Shown here: piece by piece, positions 51,416 to 64,000 of the stretch | Layout of the letters: each line of letters starts with the position of its first letter | Position numbering within the stretch: the first letter of the stretch is position 1 | Origin: Eledone cirrhosa | Lineage: Eukaryota | NCBI GenBank assembly: GCA_964016885.1 | Contig: OZ024743.1 | Location: 200,756,001 to 200,820,000, forward strand | Direction: 5' to 3' | DNA length: 64,000 nucleotides | Program-made: the position numbers and the translations under genes | Notes under the pieces: generated by a model | Seen by the model: the letters and a program-made list of their open reading frames with translations, nothing else | Told to the model about the DNA's origin: nothing | Databases searched by the model: none

Positions 51416-53865
51416 AGACTCTGAAATGTAGTTCTCAAGAGTGTGTAAATGAGACTGCACTAATTAGTTAGTTACGAAAATCGATTAAAGATGTTTAGCA
51501 TTTTTTCAATATATATACGAAAGTATGGAAAAAAACCGGACGTTAGATGGTTATGATGATGACAATTATTATATATACATTATATATACAAGGGCGATGA
51601 ATTGGCAGTATCGGTAGAGGGTCGGATGCCATGCTTTCCAGCATAGTTACGTCCCTTTACGGTCTGAGTTCAAATCTTGTCGAGGTTAACTTTGCCTTTC
51701 ATCCTTACGGGGTCGATAAAATAAAGTACCAGTAATGCACTGGGTAATTGCTGGCCTCGTGCCAAAAGTAGAAACAATTATTATATATATACATGTGTGT
51801 GTATGTATTTGTGTGTGTGTGGGTGCGTGTATTTGTGTGTGTGTGTGTGTGTGTGTTGTGGTCAATATAATCGATTCAATTCAAGCGATGCCCCAGTATG
51901 GTCGCAGACTGAAACCAGTTAAAGAATAAAAGAATACTAATTGTTTCATAGTTTGCTTCGGCAGAAAAAAAAAGAAAAAAAAAAGGAAAATAAAAAAAGT
52001 AAACCAAGTAAAACATGTAAAAATATATATAAATAAATAGATATAATCCCAATCGTTAAATACACAAACGAATGGCTGTGTGCTTGAAGGAATTTTGTGA
52101 AAAAATAAGCTTTAGTGAAGAGTTAAATCTGATCCCCACCAAATAGCTCTCTAGTTGTTTAAGACATAATTAGAACTGTAAGGAATTCTTTTCAAATATT
52201 ACATTGTTTATACTTCTGTTCTCTCTCTCTCTCTCTCATCTCTCCCTCTCTCTCTCCTTCTCTATCTCCCTCCTCTCTCTCTCCTTCTCTCTCTCTCTCA
52301 TCCCTCTCTCTCTCCTTCTCTCCCTCTTCTCTCCTTTCTCTCGCCCACCCCTCCCCCTCTCACTCATCTCTCTTTCCCCCTCTTCCTCTCTGAGTATGTG
52401 TGTGTGTGAGGCAAGGGTTAAGGGATAAATGGATAACACAATACAACTTGCTGACCAGCTTATGTCCTTCTCTAGACTAAGATATTGGAATGCTTCAGAC
52501 ATGATGTGCTTCTCCAACCTACTTTCTTTGTCTTTCTGTCTTTGTTTTCTTATTTCTTTCCTTCTTTTGTATTCTGTTGTTTTTTGTTTTTTTTCTTCAC
52601 CATAAAGTACTACATTATTTGCATAACCACACAGCAAACTTCAAGACACATGCACAGACAATTTTCACACAAACAGGCTAGAATAAGGAAAGAAGTAGGG
52701 GAGTTGGGGTAGGTTAATTGTCATGGGCCTACGATTTTCATTATTTTTTTACATTTCTGACTGAGGGGTACAAGGCTTAAAAACTTTTGGTGTAATGGTA
52801 CAACATCCGCATGGTATAAGGGAAGTTGTGAATTCAATTCCCTGTTTTCTGTCTCCGGGGTTTATATGCTCAATTCATAAGACTATTTTTCATAGTCAAA
52901 AACGTTCGTTGTAGCCATTAACTTCAAGTTAAGTTAAGTTGATTTTCAAAAGAATTCCTAATTGACACAACGTTTTTAAAAATAGATTGTTTATATACAA
53001 CAAAGAAGGTGTGGTAAGATACCAAGTGGACCATAATGCACCAGAGTACTCGATACTTAGGGTAGTAGAGTGGGTAATAGGAAAAGAGTCAGGACCTTGA
53101 CGGCTGAGCTCCGGCTTTTTGACAGCTAGGTCCGAACTCAGTTCGGATCTAGCTGTCGAAATGGCCGGAGCTCAGCCGTCTGAGTCCTGACTCTTTTTCT
53201 TGTTTATATATATATAATAGGTATAAATAGAAATTGTAGCTGTAGTATAGCAGATCTCAAAAAAATTGTTTGATGCAGTCACAAAGCACACAATGGTGCA
53301 ATATGATAATACATTTTCGTCCAGAGTAAACACAAAGTTAAGAAAGTGTGATACCAAGAATAGACAACCAAATGCATGTGGTCATACCTATACTCCAACA
53401 ACGATAAATACAAACAGGTTGAAGATAAAGCAGTATAGTTAACAGGAAGCATTGTGAAATAAGTAATAAATGACTGAACTGATAAGTTTCAAGAAATATC
53501 AATATATAAAGATCAAAGGAAGACAAACAAAACAAAACAAAGTAATGTTTTACCCAGTATATTTCAACATGATATTTCAGGCTTACTATCTTCTTTTCAA
53601 ATGTGAAACAGAAACGGTTAAAAACAAAAGCGAACTATCGATGTTTCTTACTTAACTGGTCTACGTGTCTGAAATACGCATGCATGAAATCGTTATAGTA
53701 ACCAATCCGCTTCATACATTGCCAATCTATCATTTATTAATAGAGCTTTTCTTTGCACACATTTCTTAGTACTAGACCATATACTTGAATTTTAGAGGTA
53801 TGCAATCAAGGAGATGGTCCCATGCATCACCAACCCCCTGTACACTACTGATATATATATATATA

Positions 53866-54239
53866 GGGTGATGTGTTGTTTCCTTGAGCAAGACACTTTA
53901 TTTCACATTGCTCCAGTTTACTTAGCTGTAGAAATGAGATGATAGGACTGAGGTCCTTATCATGCCACTGAAAAGTGGTCGTGGAGGTGCCATGGCAAAG
54001 AAGCACCCAGCCCACACTGTAAAGTGGACGTGTAGGCGCCACGGAAAAAAAAGCACCCAGATCTCACTGTAAATGAGGTTGGTGTTAGGAAGGGCATCCA
54101 GCTGAAGAAATTAAGCCAGAATCAGTTCCAGTATGAGCAAGACAAGGCCATCTGACCGGACACTGCCCACAACAGGACAACCCGTCTAACTCATGCTAGC
54201 ATGGAAGAACGGACGTAAAACGGTGATGATGATGATGAT
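53866..54239 (+). mobile_element. 5'-truncated SINE B with RTE-shared tail
   Basis: Matches 61892-62355; (GAT)n tail. Confidence 0.8.
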
Positions 54240-54240
54240 C

Positions 54241-54276
<36 letters not shown>

Positions 54277-54942
54277 TGTAATAGTGTAAAGGACTGTGTA
54301 CTCCTCAAACAAGTGTACACTTAATATAAATCTCAGGGAAAATCAACATGAAACAAGGATGGTCCTTTGAATTTGCAGATAGAGTTCATATGACAGACCT
54401 CCATATTTTCTACCTACCTAATATGGCTGCCAAGGCATAAGTTAAGCAATGACTAGTGTAAACGTCAGATTGCCATGATACCCTGCAATGTGTTTTGAAA
54501 CCATGACCTCGTGATTATGAAGCATTATAATTAATGATTTCTAGTATAGGCACAAGGCCAGTAATTTTGGGGAGGGGAAAGTCGATTAAGTCGACTCCAG
54601 TACGTGACTGGTACTTTATTTTATCGACCCCCGTAAGGATGAAAGGCAAAGTTAACCTCGGCGGGAGCTGAACTCAGATCATAAAGGTCCGTAACTCTTT
54701 GCTGCAGAACATGGTGTCTGACTCTCTACCGGTGCTGCCAATCCACGGCTCTAAAGGTATCAATAATTAATAAACACACACAGATATATATATATATATA
54801 TATATGCAAAGTGAGAACCATATATACTTTTATATGCACACATAGATACAGATTCACAAGCATATATGTACACACAGAGAACCTCATTCACACATGAAAG
54901 ACATACATGTCCACAAAAGCTCACACACAAAAACATATTCAC

Positions 54943-54991
<49 letters not shown>

Positions 54992-55512
54992 CGTAATAAA
55001 TACATACAGGCGTATATTTGTACATGTCAACGCACACATACTTAGGCATGAAGAGGGAGTGGTCATTTCAATGAGGAATAGGAGGAGAAAATCTGTTGTG
55101 TTAATTGTGTCTATTGCCTGATGAGCTTAATTGGTCTGGCACCTTACAGACACAATGAAAGGGTTTTATCCAAAATAGTTCTATAGAGTTTTCAGTACAT
55201 CTTTGGATTAAAAGAATAGTTTGATTCCTGCACAATAGATTATTATATGTACCCTGATAGAAATAATTGGATGTCTGTGACCATTTTTTCAACAGCAACA
55301 TCAACACCTCCACCTCTAAACGAACGAGACCAACTCCACCACCACCACCACCACCACCACTACCACAATCATCTTCATCATAATCTTCATTAAGACTACC
55401 ACTACACACCCACTCCATTCTACATTACCAGCACCAGCATCAACACCACTGTCACCACTACCATCATCATTGTCATCATCATCATCAACCTCTTCAAAAT
55501 CATTATTATCAT

Positions 55513-55571
<59 letters not shown>

Positions 55572-56782
55572 ACCCCCCCCCATACTATACCATAACACCT
55601 TCATCATCATCATCATCATCCCAATCATAAACATCATCATCTTTATCATCATAAACTTAAATCATCATCATCACCATCATCAAAGCTCATCATAAATGTT
55701 ATAGTTGAAACACACAGATACAAAATATTTTTCAAATTGATTTATCAATGCAGACAGAAGGACTTTGGTTTATTAAAGAATTTACAAAGGAACCAGTATT
55801 TATAGATTGAAGGAACCAAATGACTTTGGTATTTTGGATTAATAGTTCCTAGGTTTTTCAGTTTAATTTTATTTCAAGCAATGTGGTGGTGGCAGTGATG
55901 GTAATGTGGAATGGAGTAGGTGTGTGGTGTGAGTGTTAATGATAATGATGATTGGGGTAGTGGTGGAAGTGTTGATGTTTTTGTTGAATGTCTCAGGAAA
56001 GAATTGCTGGACAGATTTTATGGGCAAAACCAACTGGTAAGAGACCCAGGAATAGACCCTGAGCAAGATGGTTGGATAACATCTTTGGGCTTGGCTGGTC
56101 ACGCTTGGGGATCTAGCCAGATCAGTTGGAGAGGGTTGCTTCTGACAGGACCTGTTGGAAGGGAGTGTTTGAGGGCTCTACTCCCCACTCCCATGACCCT
56201 CTCAGGAAGAAGAAAAAGAAGAAGAAATGTGTTGTAGTTTAGTCATTGTGACATATAGTGTATTTTGGGCATTTTAAACATGGTGAAGCCCATCCCTCTT
56301 CAAGCCTGAAAACAGTTTCCTTTCAGAGAAGAAAGAGAGAGGAGAGAATAGAGATAATGGTAGAGAGGGAGTGAGCGAGAGATATACAGGATGAATCAAC
56401 CCCAGTATTGGACTAACACTTTTTTGTTGACCTCAGAAGACTGAAAGGTAAAGTCAACCTCAGCTCACCAAACTCCAATTTGAAAAACAAAAGTTATTTG
56501 AGAATACAAGGCTTATAGCTGCGAGAAGGCGACACATATTGTAAAGATAGCTTAGGGTGCTAAATACCCAAACACCAGCTCTGGGTAAAGGTGAAGGTAG
56601 GGGCTAGAGAGAAATGGGTAATACTGCACCTCATCAGAGATTTATTCCTCAACATCTCATTTATAAACAAGTGTCATGTATTGATGGTGATATATATATA
56701 TTTAGTTGTTGTAAGGTTGCAATAAATACGTCCTGACTCTGACAGGACCTGCTGAATCAGATGAAATGCATTGAAAACGATA

Positions 56783-56919
56783 AACATATCTGAGGACCTT
56801 GTGAATGCAGAGTCAGGTTCGATCTATAATTATAGATCGAACCAGATCAGCTCAAGGCAGGATCTATTATAATAGATCCTGCCTTGAGCTGATCGTCGAA
56901 GAAACATATGTAATATGTT
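56783..56919 (+). ncRNA. Hammerhead core enclosing two perfect palindromes
   Basis: aacatat CTGAGGA ... GAAAC ATAT GTA atatgtt; palindromes at 56816-56843 (28 nt) and 56845-56894 (50 nt). Confidence 0.75.
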
Positions 56920-56969
56920 AATAAATTGTGTTTTGATGCATCACTAATTCCTCATTATCTATAATATAT

Positions 56970-57013
<44 letters not shown>

Positions 57014-57041
57014 TTTACATCATATATATATATATATATAT

Positions 57042-57237
57042 GTAGGAGGTGAGTTTTATTGTAGTATAATATTAATATGTTGATTTAAAACTGCACTATT
57101 CACAAGTGTGTTTTAACCTTCATATCATGTCTCCCTATTTTATCTGACGAAAACGCAAATGTTATTGCATGATGATATTTGTTTTTGAAATGCGCATAAT
57201 AAAATACATGGAACTCTTTTAACCATCTTTTGATCTT
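57042..57237 (+). mobile_element. Miniature copy of the Penelope pLTR with hammerhead (57136-57206)
   Basis: 57042-57066 matches 28893-28917; 57076-57237 matches 31787-31947; core CTGACGA...GAAATGCGCATA. Confidence 0.9.
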
Positions 57238-57289
57238 CCACTCGTGTAGGACACCTCGGTTATTTTTCATTTTGTAAAAAAACCCTCAC

Positions 57290-58075
<786 letters not shown>

Positions 58076-59149
58076 GAAGAAAGAGCAGAGTTGACTAAAA
58101 TGGTGGGTGGCATTCATAAATGAATTGGGATATAACGGCTGCACATTAAATGCAAGAAGACAATAATATGCACAAGGGATACAGCTGTTGCAGAAAAAAT
58201 TGAAATTTAATATGGATGACATAATATCTACCAGGTGATGACAATAGGAATTAACAGCTGCAGAATAAAAATGCATAGGAAAATATGGGAAGTGATAATA
58301 GTGACATGGTTGGTTAGTAGGACAGTTGTTTTTTTATTCTTCTTAATAGCTTGTACCATATGAAACTGTATTTGCAAAACGTTCTTGAAAAATACAAAAC
58401 GGCACATATGACTGCATCATATTAACAATTAAATTTTGTTTATACTAACAGCAAATTTTCACCAGATAGTGCTATTAAGTTAGACATGGCCTGGGCCAAT
58501 ACTAGCCAAAAACTATCAATGGTATTATAGCTATCTTCACAAGTAAATATACTAAAAGTATTTGAACCCACAAACCCATATTTCAATATTTTCTGCTAAA
58601 TCATTACAGGGTGTTTAAAGTTAATCATTTTGATACCAGCTGAGCCCAGCTCAACCAAAACTGGCTGTGGTCATATGAAACAAAACCACCCAGGTTAAAA
58701 TGTTCCTCTTTGAATTATAATCTTGCAGAATAATGTTTTATAAGAACAATCTCTTAAATTATTGTCTCAGTAATGAAATGATCATTTTAGGAAATAAACA
58801 GAGCAGCCAGAATGGGGTTTCTGCCTACACACAAAGACACACACACACATGAACAAACATCACAGACACACATGTAGATACACACAAACACCCAAACACA
58901 TACACACTTAGACACATGAATACATGCTCACATTTGTAGTGAATGTAATCCATGTAATTATAGATGCTTAATTTAAAAGACTAAAATTTCAATACTGTTG
59001 ATGGCTCTATATAACATATAAATACACAAACATGTTTACATCAACATCTTTATATTCATGTGTATGTATATATTCATATGTATGTATATAGATACATATA
59101 CACATATACATGCTTATAATTATTCTCGTCGTTTTCTCCCTGTTTTCAT

Positions 59150-59613
59150 ATCATCATCACCACCGTTTTACGTCCGTTCTTCCATGCTAGCATGGGTTAG
59201 ACAGGTTGTCCTGTTGTGGGGAGTGTCTGGTCGGCTGACCATGCCTTGCTCATATAGGAACTGATTTTGGATTGCTTTCTACAGCTAGATGCCCTTCCTA
59301 ACACCAACCTCATTTACAGTGAGTGCTGGGTGCTTTTTTCCGTGGCGCCTACACGTCCACTTTACAGTGTGGGCTGGGTGCCTTTTTGCCGTGGCACCTC
59401 CACGACCACTTTGCAGTGGGAGGATGTGGGGGTATATTGTCTATATGCTTCAGCTTGTACCCATGGAAGGTCGGGTACTCTGTATTACTGCGTGACGCCA
59501 GAGGTCACGGTCGTTTGTCACCGCCTTTGAGAGGTGTAATTGGATAAGGTCGGCTTTTATCACCTCATCCCAGGTTTTATTGGGTCTCCCCACTCAGCGG
59601 TTTCCAATGACTT
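59150..59613 (-). mobile_element. RTE LINE 3' end with 3'UTR
   Basis: GRPNKTWDEVIKADLIQLHLSKAVTNDRDLWRHAV...* followed by a UTR shared with SINE B and (GAT)n. Confidence 0.8.
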
Positions 59614-59795
59614 CTATATATATATATAAGTTATTCCGGGCTGAATCGGAGGTAACCACAGTAAGTAAGGTACTCAATACATAACAGAGTATAAAAGTAT
59701 TAATATAGAAGAGCTTCTTGGACAGTCAGATTCCTGAGGATTTCACACGAATGAAGCAGTTCTAGTCCTGTAGAAGCTCTTCTATATTAATAGTT

Positions 59796-59924
<129 letters not shown>

Positions 59925-59927
59925 TGT

Positions 59928-60090
<163 letters not shown>

Positions 60091-60229
60091 GGTTTGAGGT
60101 TCACCACTGGATAGAGCTGGTCAATTCCGTATGGTCAATCGCAATGTAATAATATAGAGAGTACTCAACGTAAAGCAGTTCAACCGTCTTTGTTTTTGAA
60201 GTTGGTGGTGCTATTACGGAGTTAAATAT

Positions 60230-60676
60230 TATAATGAAATGACAGGAGGCTGGATTTGTGTAAATCCTTGAAAGGTTTATTATACTATGATCATTTCAAT
60301 GACCGGGTTCCGTATGAATCCGGTGATATCATCAGGTATTCGAAATATAATACGTGAATGTAATAGATAAAATCCATGGGGCTGAAAATCGAGGACCCGA
60401 TGGCGACCGCTATTCAGCACCTTCTACCTTTGCCGGTCGCCCTCCAGTGACTTTAGCCACGTCACTCTAGGGCGACCGGCAAAGGTAGAAGATGCTGGAT
60501 GGCGGTCGCCCTCGGGTCTTTGATTTTCAGCCCCATGGATTTTATCTATTACATTCACTTATTATATTTCGAATACCTGATGATATCACCGGATTCATAC
60601 GGAACCCGGTCATTGAAATGATCATAGTATAATAAACCTTTCAAGGATTTACACAAATCCAGCCTCCTGTCATTTC

Positions 60677-60682
<6 letters not shown>
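60230..60682. mobile_element. About 450-bp near-perfect palindrome with a hammerhead in each arm (60282-60339 -, 60573-60630 +)
   Basis: Arms ~220 bp, 9-nt spacer 60452-60460; atac CTGATGA ... GAAAT GATC ATA gtat. Confidence 0.92.
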
Positions 60683-60730
<48 letters not shown>

Positions 60731-60809
60731 TATATATATATGCATGTATATATATATATATATAGATATATGTGTGTGTGTGTGTGTATATTGTTGTGTA
60801 TATATATAT

Positions 60810-60865
<56 letters not shown>

Positions 60866-60872
<7 letters not shown>

Positions 60873-61136
60873 ATGTTGAAAAGGTAACACACCAGAGAGA
60901 GAGAAATTTACGCTTTAATTTATATTTTTAATTATCGTGTCTATAGTCTGCCTTTCATAGGTTATAGATTCCATACTGTGGTGGTTTTTTCCCTGTTTTA
61001 TTGATAGCGCACTGTATATCTCTCTCTGGTGTGTTACCTTTTCAACATATTGTATTTTAAAGAGCTCAGCATTTCTACTCCTTTGAGCACATTATTTACA
61101 GGGAATGGCGAGGGTCTATGGCTCCGTTAATTTATC

Positions 61137-61140
<4 letters not shown>
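60866..61140. mobile_element. Fold-back element between (TA)n tracts; related to 8215-8330
   Basis: tacaatatgttgaaaaggtaacacaccagagaga / tctctctggtgtgttaccttttcaacatattgta. Confidence 0.7.
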
Positions 61141-61201
<61 letters not shown>

Positions 61202-61219
61202 GTATATATATACACAAAA

Positions 61220-61255
<36 letters not shown>

Positions 61256-61424
61256 TTATATATATATATACATGCATACACGAACTAGAAACAAAACCTT
61301 GCTATATACATCTATATATATTGCTAACTATGCCATATTTTTTCAAAATGAATTTGAAATTTAAGAAATTTCTTTATAATTCGCTTTCTCCTCTATTTCT
61401 TATATTTCTTTACTTTTACATTCA

Positions 61425-61457
<33 letters not shown>

Positions 61458-61565
61458 ATTTTGTTTTTCACAATTCCGGAATTTTTCTCAAGTACTTCAG
61501 AAAATAGAAATATAGAAAAAAGAAAGAATTATCAGAGAAAAATATTGTTGTTCTCAAAGAACTCC

Positions 61566-61614
<49 letters not shown>

Positions 61615-61829
61615 CACCCACATTCAGTCACACACACACATATGCGCACACATTAACCTACACCCCACACAATCATATGCAAACACAGACACATAGACAT
61701 ACACATACAAATGTCCATACACATACACACACACACACACATAGTAACACACAGCTTCATGCACATGCCCACGCCTGTACATCCATACAAATACACACAC
61801 CACTCACAACTATATGCATACATACACAC

Positions 61830-62355
61830 ATGGCTTAGTGGTTAGAGCATTGGCCTTGCAATCGAAAGGTTGTGAGTTCAATTCTCAGACCGGGTGATGT
61901 GTTGTTTCCTTGAGCAAGACACTTTATTTCACATTGCTCCAGTTTACTCAGCTGTAGAAATGAGATGATAGGGACTGGGGTCCATATCATTCCACTGCAA
62001 AGTGGTCGTGGAGGTACCATGGCAAAAAAGCACCCAGCCCACACTGTAAAGTGGACGTGGAGGTGCCGCGGCAAAAAAGCACCCAGCCCACACTGTAAAG
62101 TAGTCGTGGAGGTGCTTTGGCAAAAAAGCACCCAGCCCACACTGCAAAGTGGTCGTGGAGGTGCCACTCAAAAAAGCACCCAGCCCAAACTGCAAAGTGG
62201 TCGCGGAGATGCCACGGATAAAAAGTACCCAGCACTCACTGTAAATGAGGTTGGTGTTAGGAAGGGCATCTAGCTGTAGAAATCAAGCCAGAATCAGTTC
62301 CCGTCCAACCCCTGCAAGCAGGGAAAAGCAGACGTAAAATGATGATGATGATGAT
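61830..62355 (+). mobile_element. SINE B with RTE-shared tail and five internal 49-bp repeats
   Basis: A box TGGCTTAGTGGTTAG, B box GAGTTCAATTC; unit aaaaagcacccagcccacactgtaaagtggacgtggaggtgcc near 62031, 62080, 62129, 62177, 62226. Confidence 0.85.
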
Positions 62356-63306
62356 ACACATATATATATGAAAACATACATAAATCATATATGCTTATTT
62401 ACAAACCCATACATACACAGAAACATACCCGTTCACATACACATATACACACAAAGATACATACATACACATATACACATATACAGGACAACACAAACAC
62501 ACACATAGACACATACACACAAACAAACACACATACATGTAAACACACACGTACATATTGCAACACATATACACCCCAAAATACATTATAACTTACACAC
62601 ATGTAGAAAGACAATTTAACATACATACACACACACACACACATACGCAGAGAAGCACAAGCACATACGTGTACACACATACACACAAACACATTATAAC
62701 TTACACACATGTACACACACACTTTAACACACATGCATACACAGACACACACACACACACATGCACACACACATACACATACACATACGCAGGGCAACTC
62801 AAACAGTGCATAGACACATACACACATACATTCAAACATATTATAGCTTACACACATGTACACACACACACTTTAAATTACACACATGTATATATACACA
62901 CACTCACTCACTCACTCACTCACACATACACACACATACCCATACACACATACACACAAAAACATTCTAATTTACACACATGTACACACACACACTTTAA
63001 ATTACACACATACTCACTCACATACTCACTCACATACACATACACACACATTACACACACACCCACACACACACACACACACACATACAGACAGATCTGT
63101 CGTCTATAAAATGATTAGAATAAAATGTTGTGCAGTTGAAATTTGCTCAAATGAAATATAATTATCCAATAAATTTTCTTAAGTGTTGAAAGGAATGGAA
63201 AATCAAAAGAAAAAATATATCACTGTGGTGTATATATTAATAATAAGGATATCATATTATACTGGATGTCAATAACAAGGATATCACATTCTCATATCAC
63301 ATCAAT

Positions 63307-64000
63307 AATAATTGTTTCTACTATTGGCACAAGGCCAGCAATTACTCAGTGCATTACTGGTACTTTATTTAAGGATGAAAGGCAAAGTTAACCTCGACGG
63401 GATTTGAACTCAGAATGGCAAGGGCCGTAACTCTATGCTAGAAAGCATGACGGCCGCCCCTCTACTGATACTGCCAATCCACCGCACTTTCACATCAATA
63501 ATTATGGTTTCTGATATACGCACAAGGCCAGAAATTTTTCAGGGAAAGGAAAGTCAAATAAATCATCCTCAGTACATTACTGGTACTTTATTTTATCGAC
63601 ACCGTAAGGATGAAAGGCAAACCTAGCCTCCGTTGGATTTGAACTCAGAAAGTAAAGGGTTGTAACTATGTGCCGCAAAGCATGGTGTCCAATGCTCTAC
63701 TAATTCTGCCAATCCACCGCTCATCACATCAATAATAATTATTTCTGATTTAGGCACAAGGCCAGCAATTTTTGAGGGAGAAGAAAGTTGATTAAATCGA
63801 CCCCAGTACATGGCTGGCAATTTATTTCATCGACCCCGTAAGGATGAAAGGCAAGGTTATCTTCGGCAGCACTTGAACTCAGAACGTAAAGGGCCGTAAT
63901 TCTATGCTGCAAAGCATATTGTCTAATGCTCTACCAATACTGCCAATCCACTGCCCTGACCAACACTATAATAATTGTTTCTACTATTGGCACAAGGCCA
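63307..64000 (-). mobile_element. Tandem run of four SINE family A copies (last cut by window edge)
   Basis: Family A units at ~63307, 63500, 63735, 63970. Confidence 0.9.

Overview
Eukaryotic, AT-rich, microsatellite-saturated non-coding DNA. The SINE/LINE repertoire suggests an octopus-like cephalopod (inference from recalled repeat motifs). No host gene can be called; nearly all short ORFs are (AT)n/(AC)n/(AG)n artefacts. Two large retroelements sit back to back: an apparently intact L1-clade Tx1-like LINE (22967-28814; CCHC ORF1, APE-RT-Zn ORF2) bounded on both sides by (ATCT)n, and a 5'-truncated, frameshifted Naiad-like Penelope element (28893-31954) with an inverted 5' pLTR and a hammerhead ribozyme. 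The main unannotated signal is about 20 hammerhead-like motifs (CUGANGA...GAAA...UH) from many unrelated sequence families, many with palindromic stem III. They lie in short fold-back, nested or partially tandem elements at (TA)n tracts, 3' ends pointing outward, suggesting a population of non-coding Penelope-mobilised or retrozyme-like elements. Also present: more than 20 copies of one tRNA-derived SINE, a second SINE head with several tails, RTE/CR1/CRE fragments, MITEs and a 63-bp satellite. Degenerate repeat coordinates are approximate and were read by eye.
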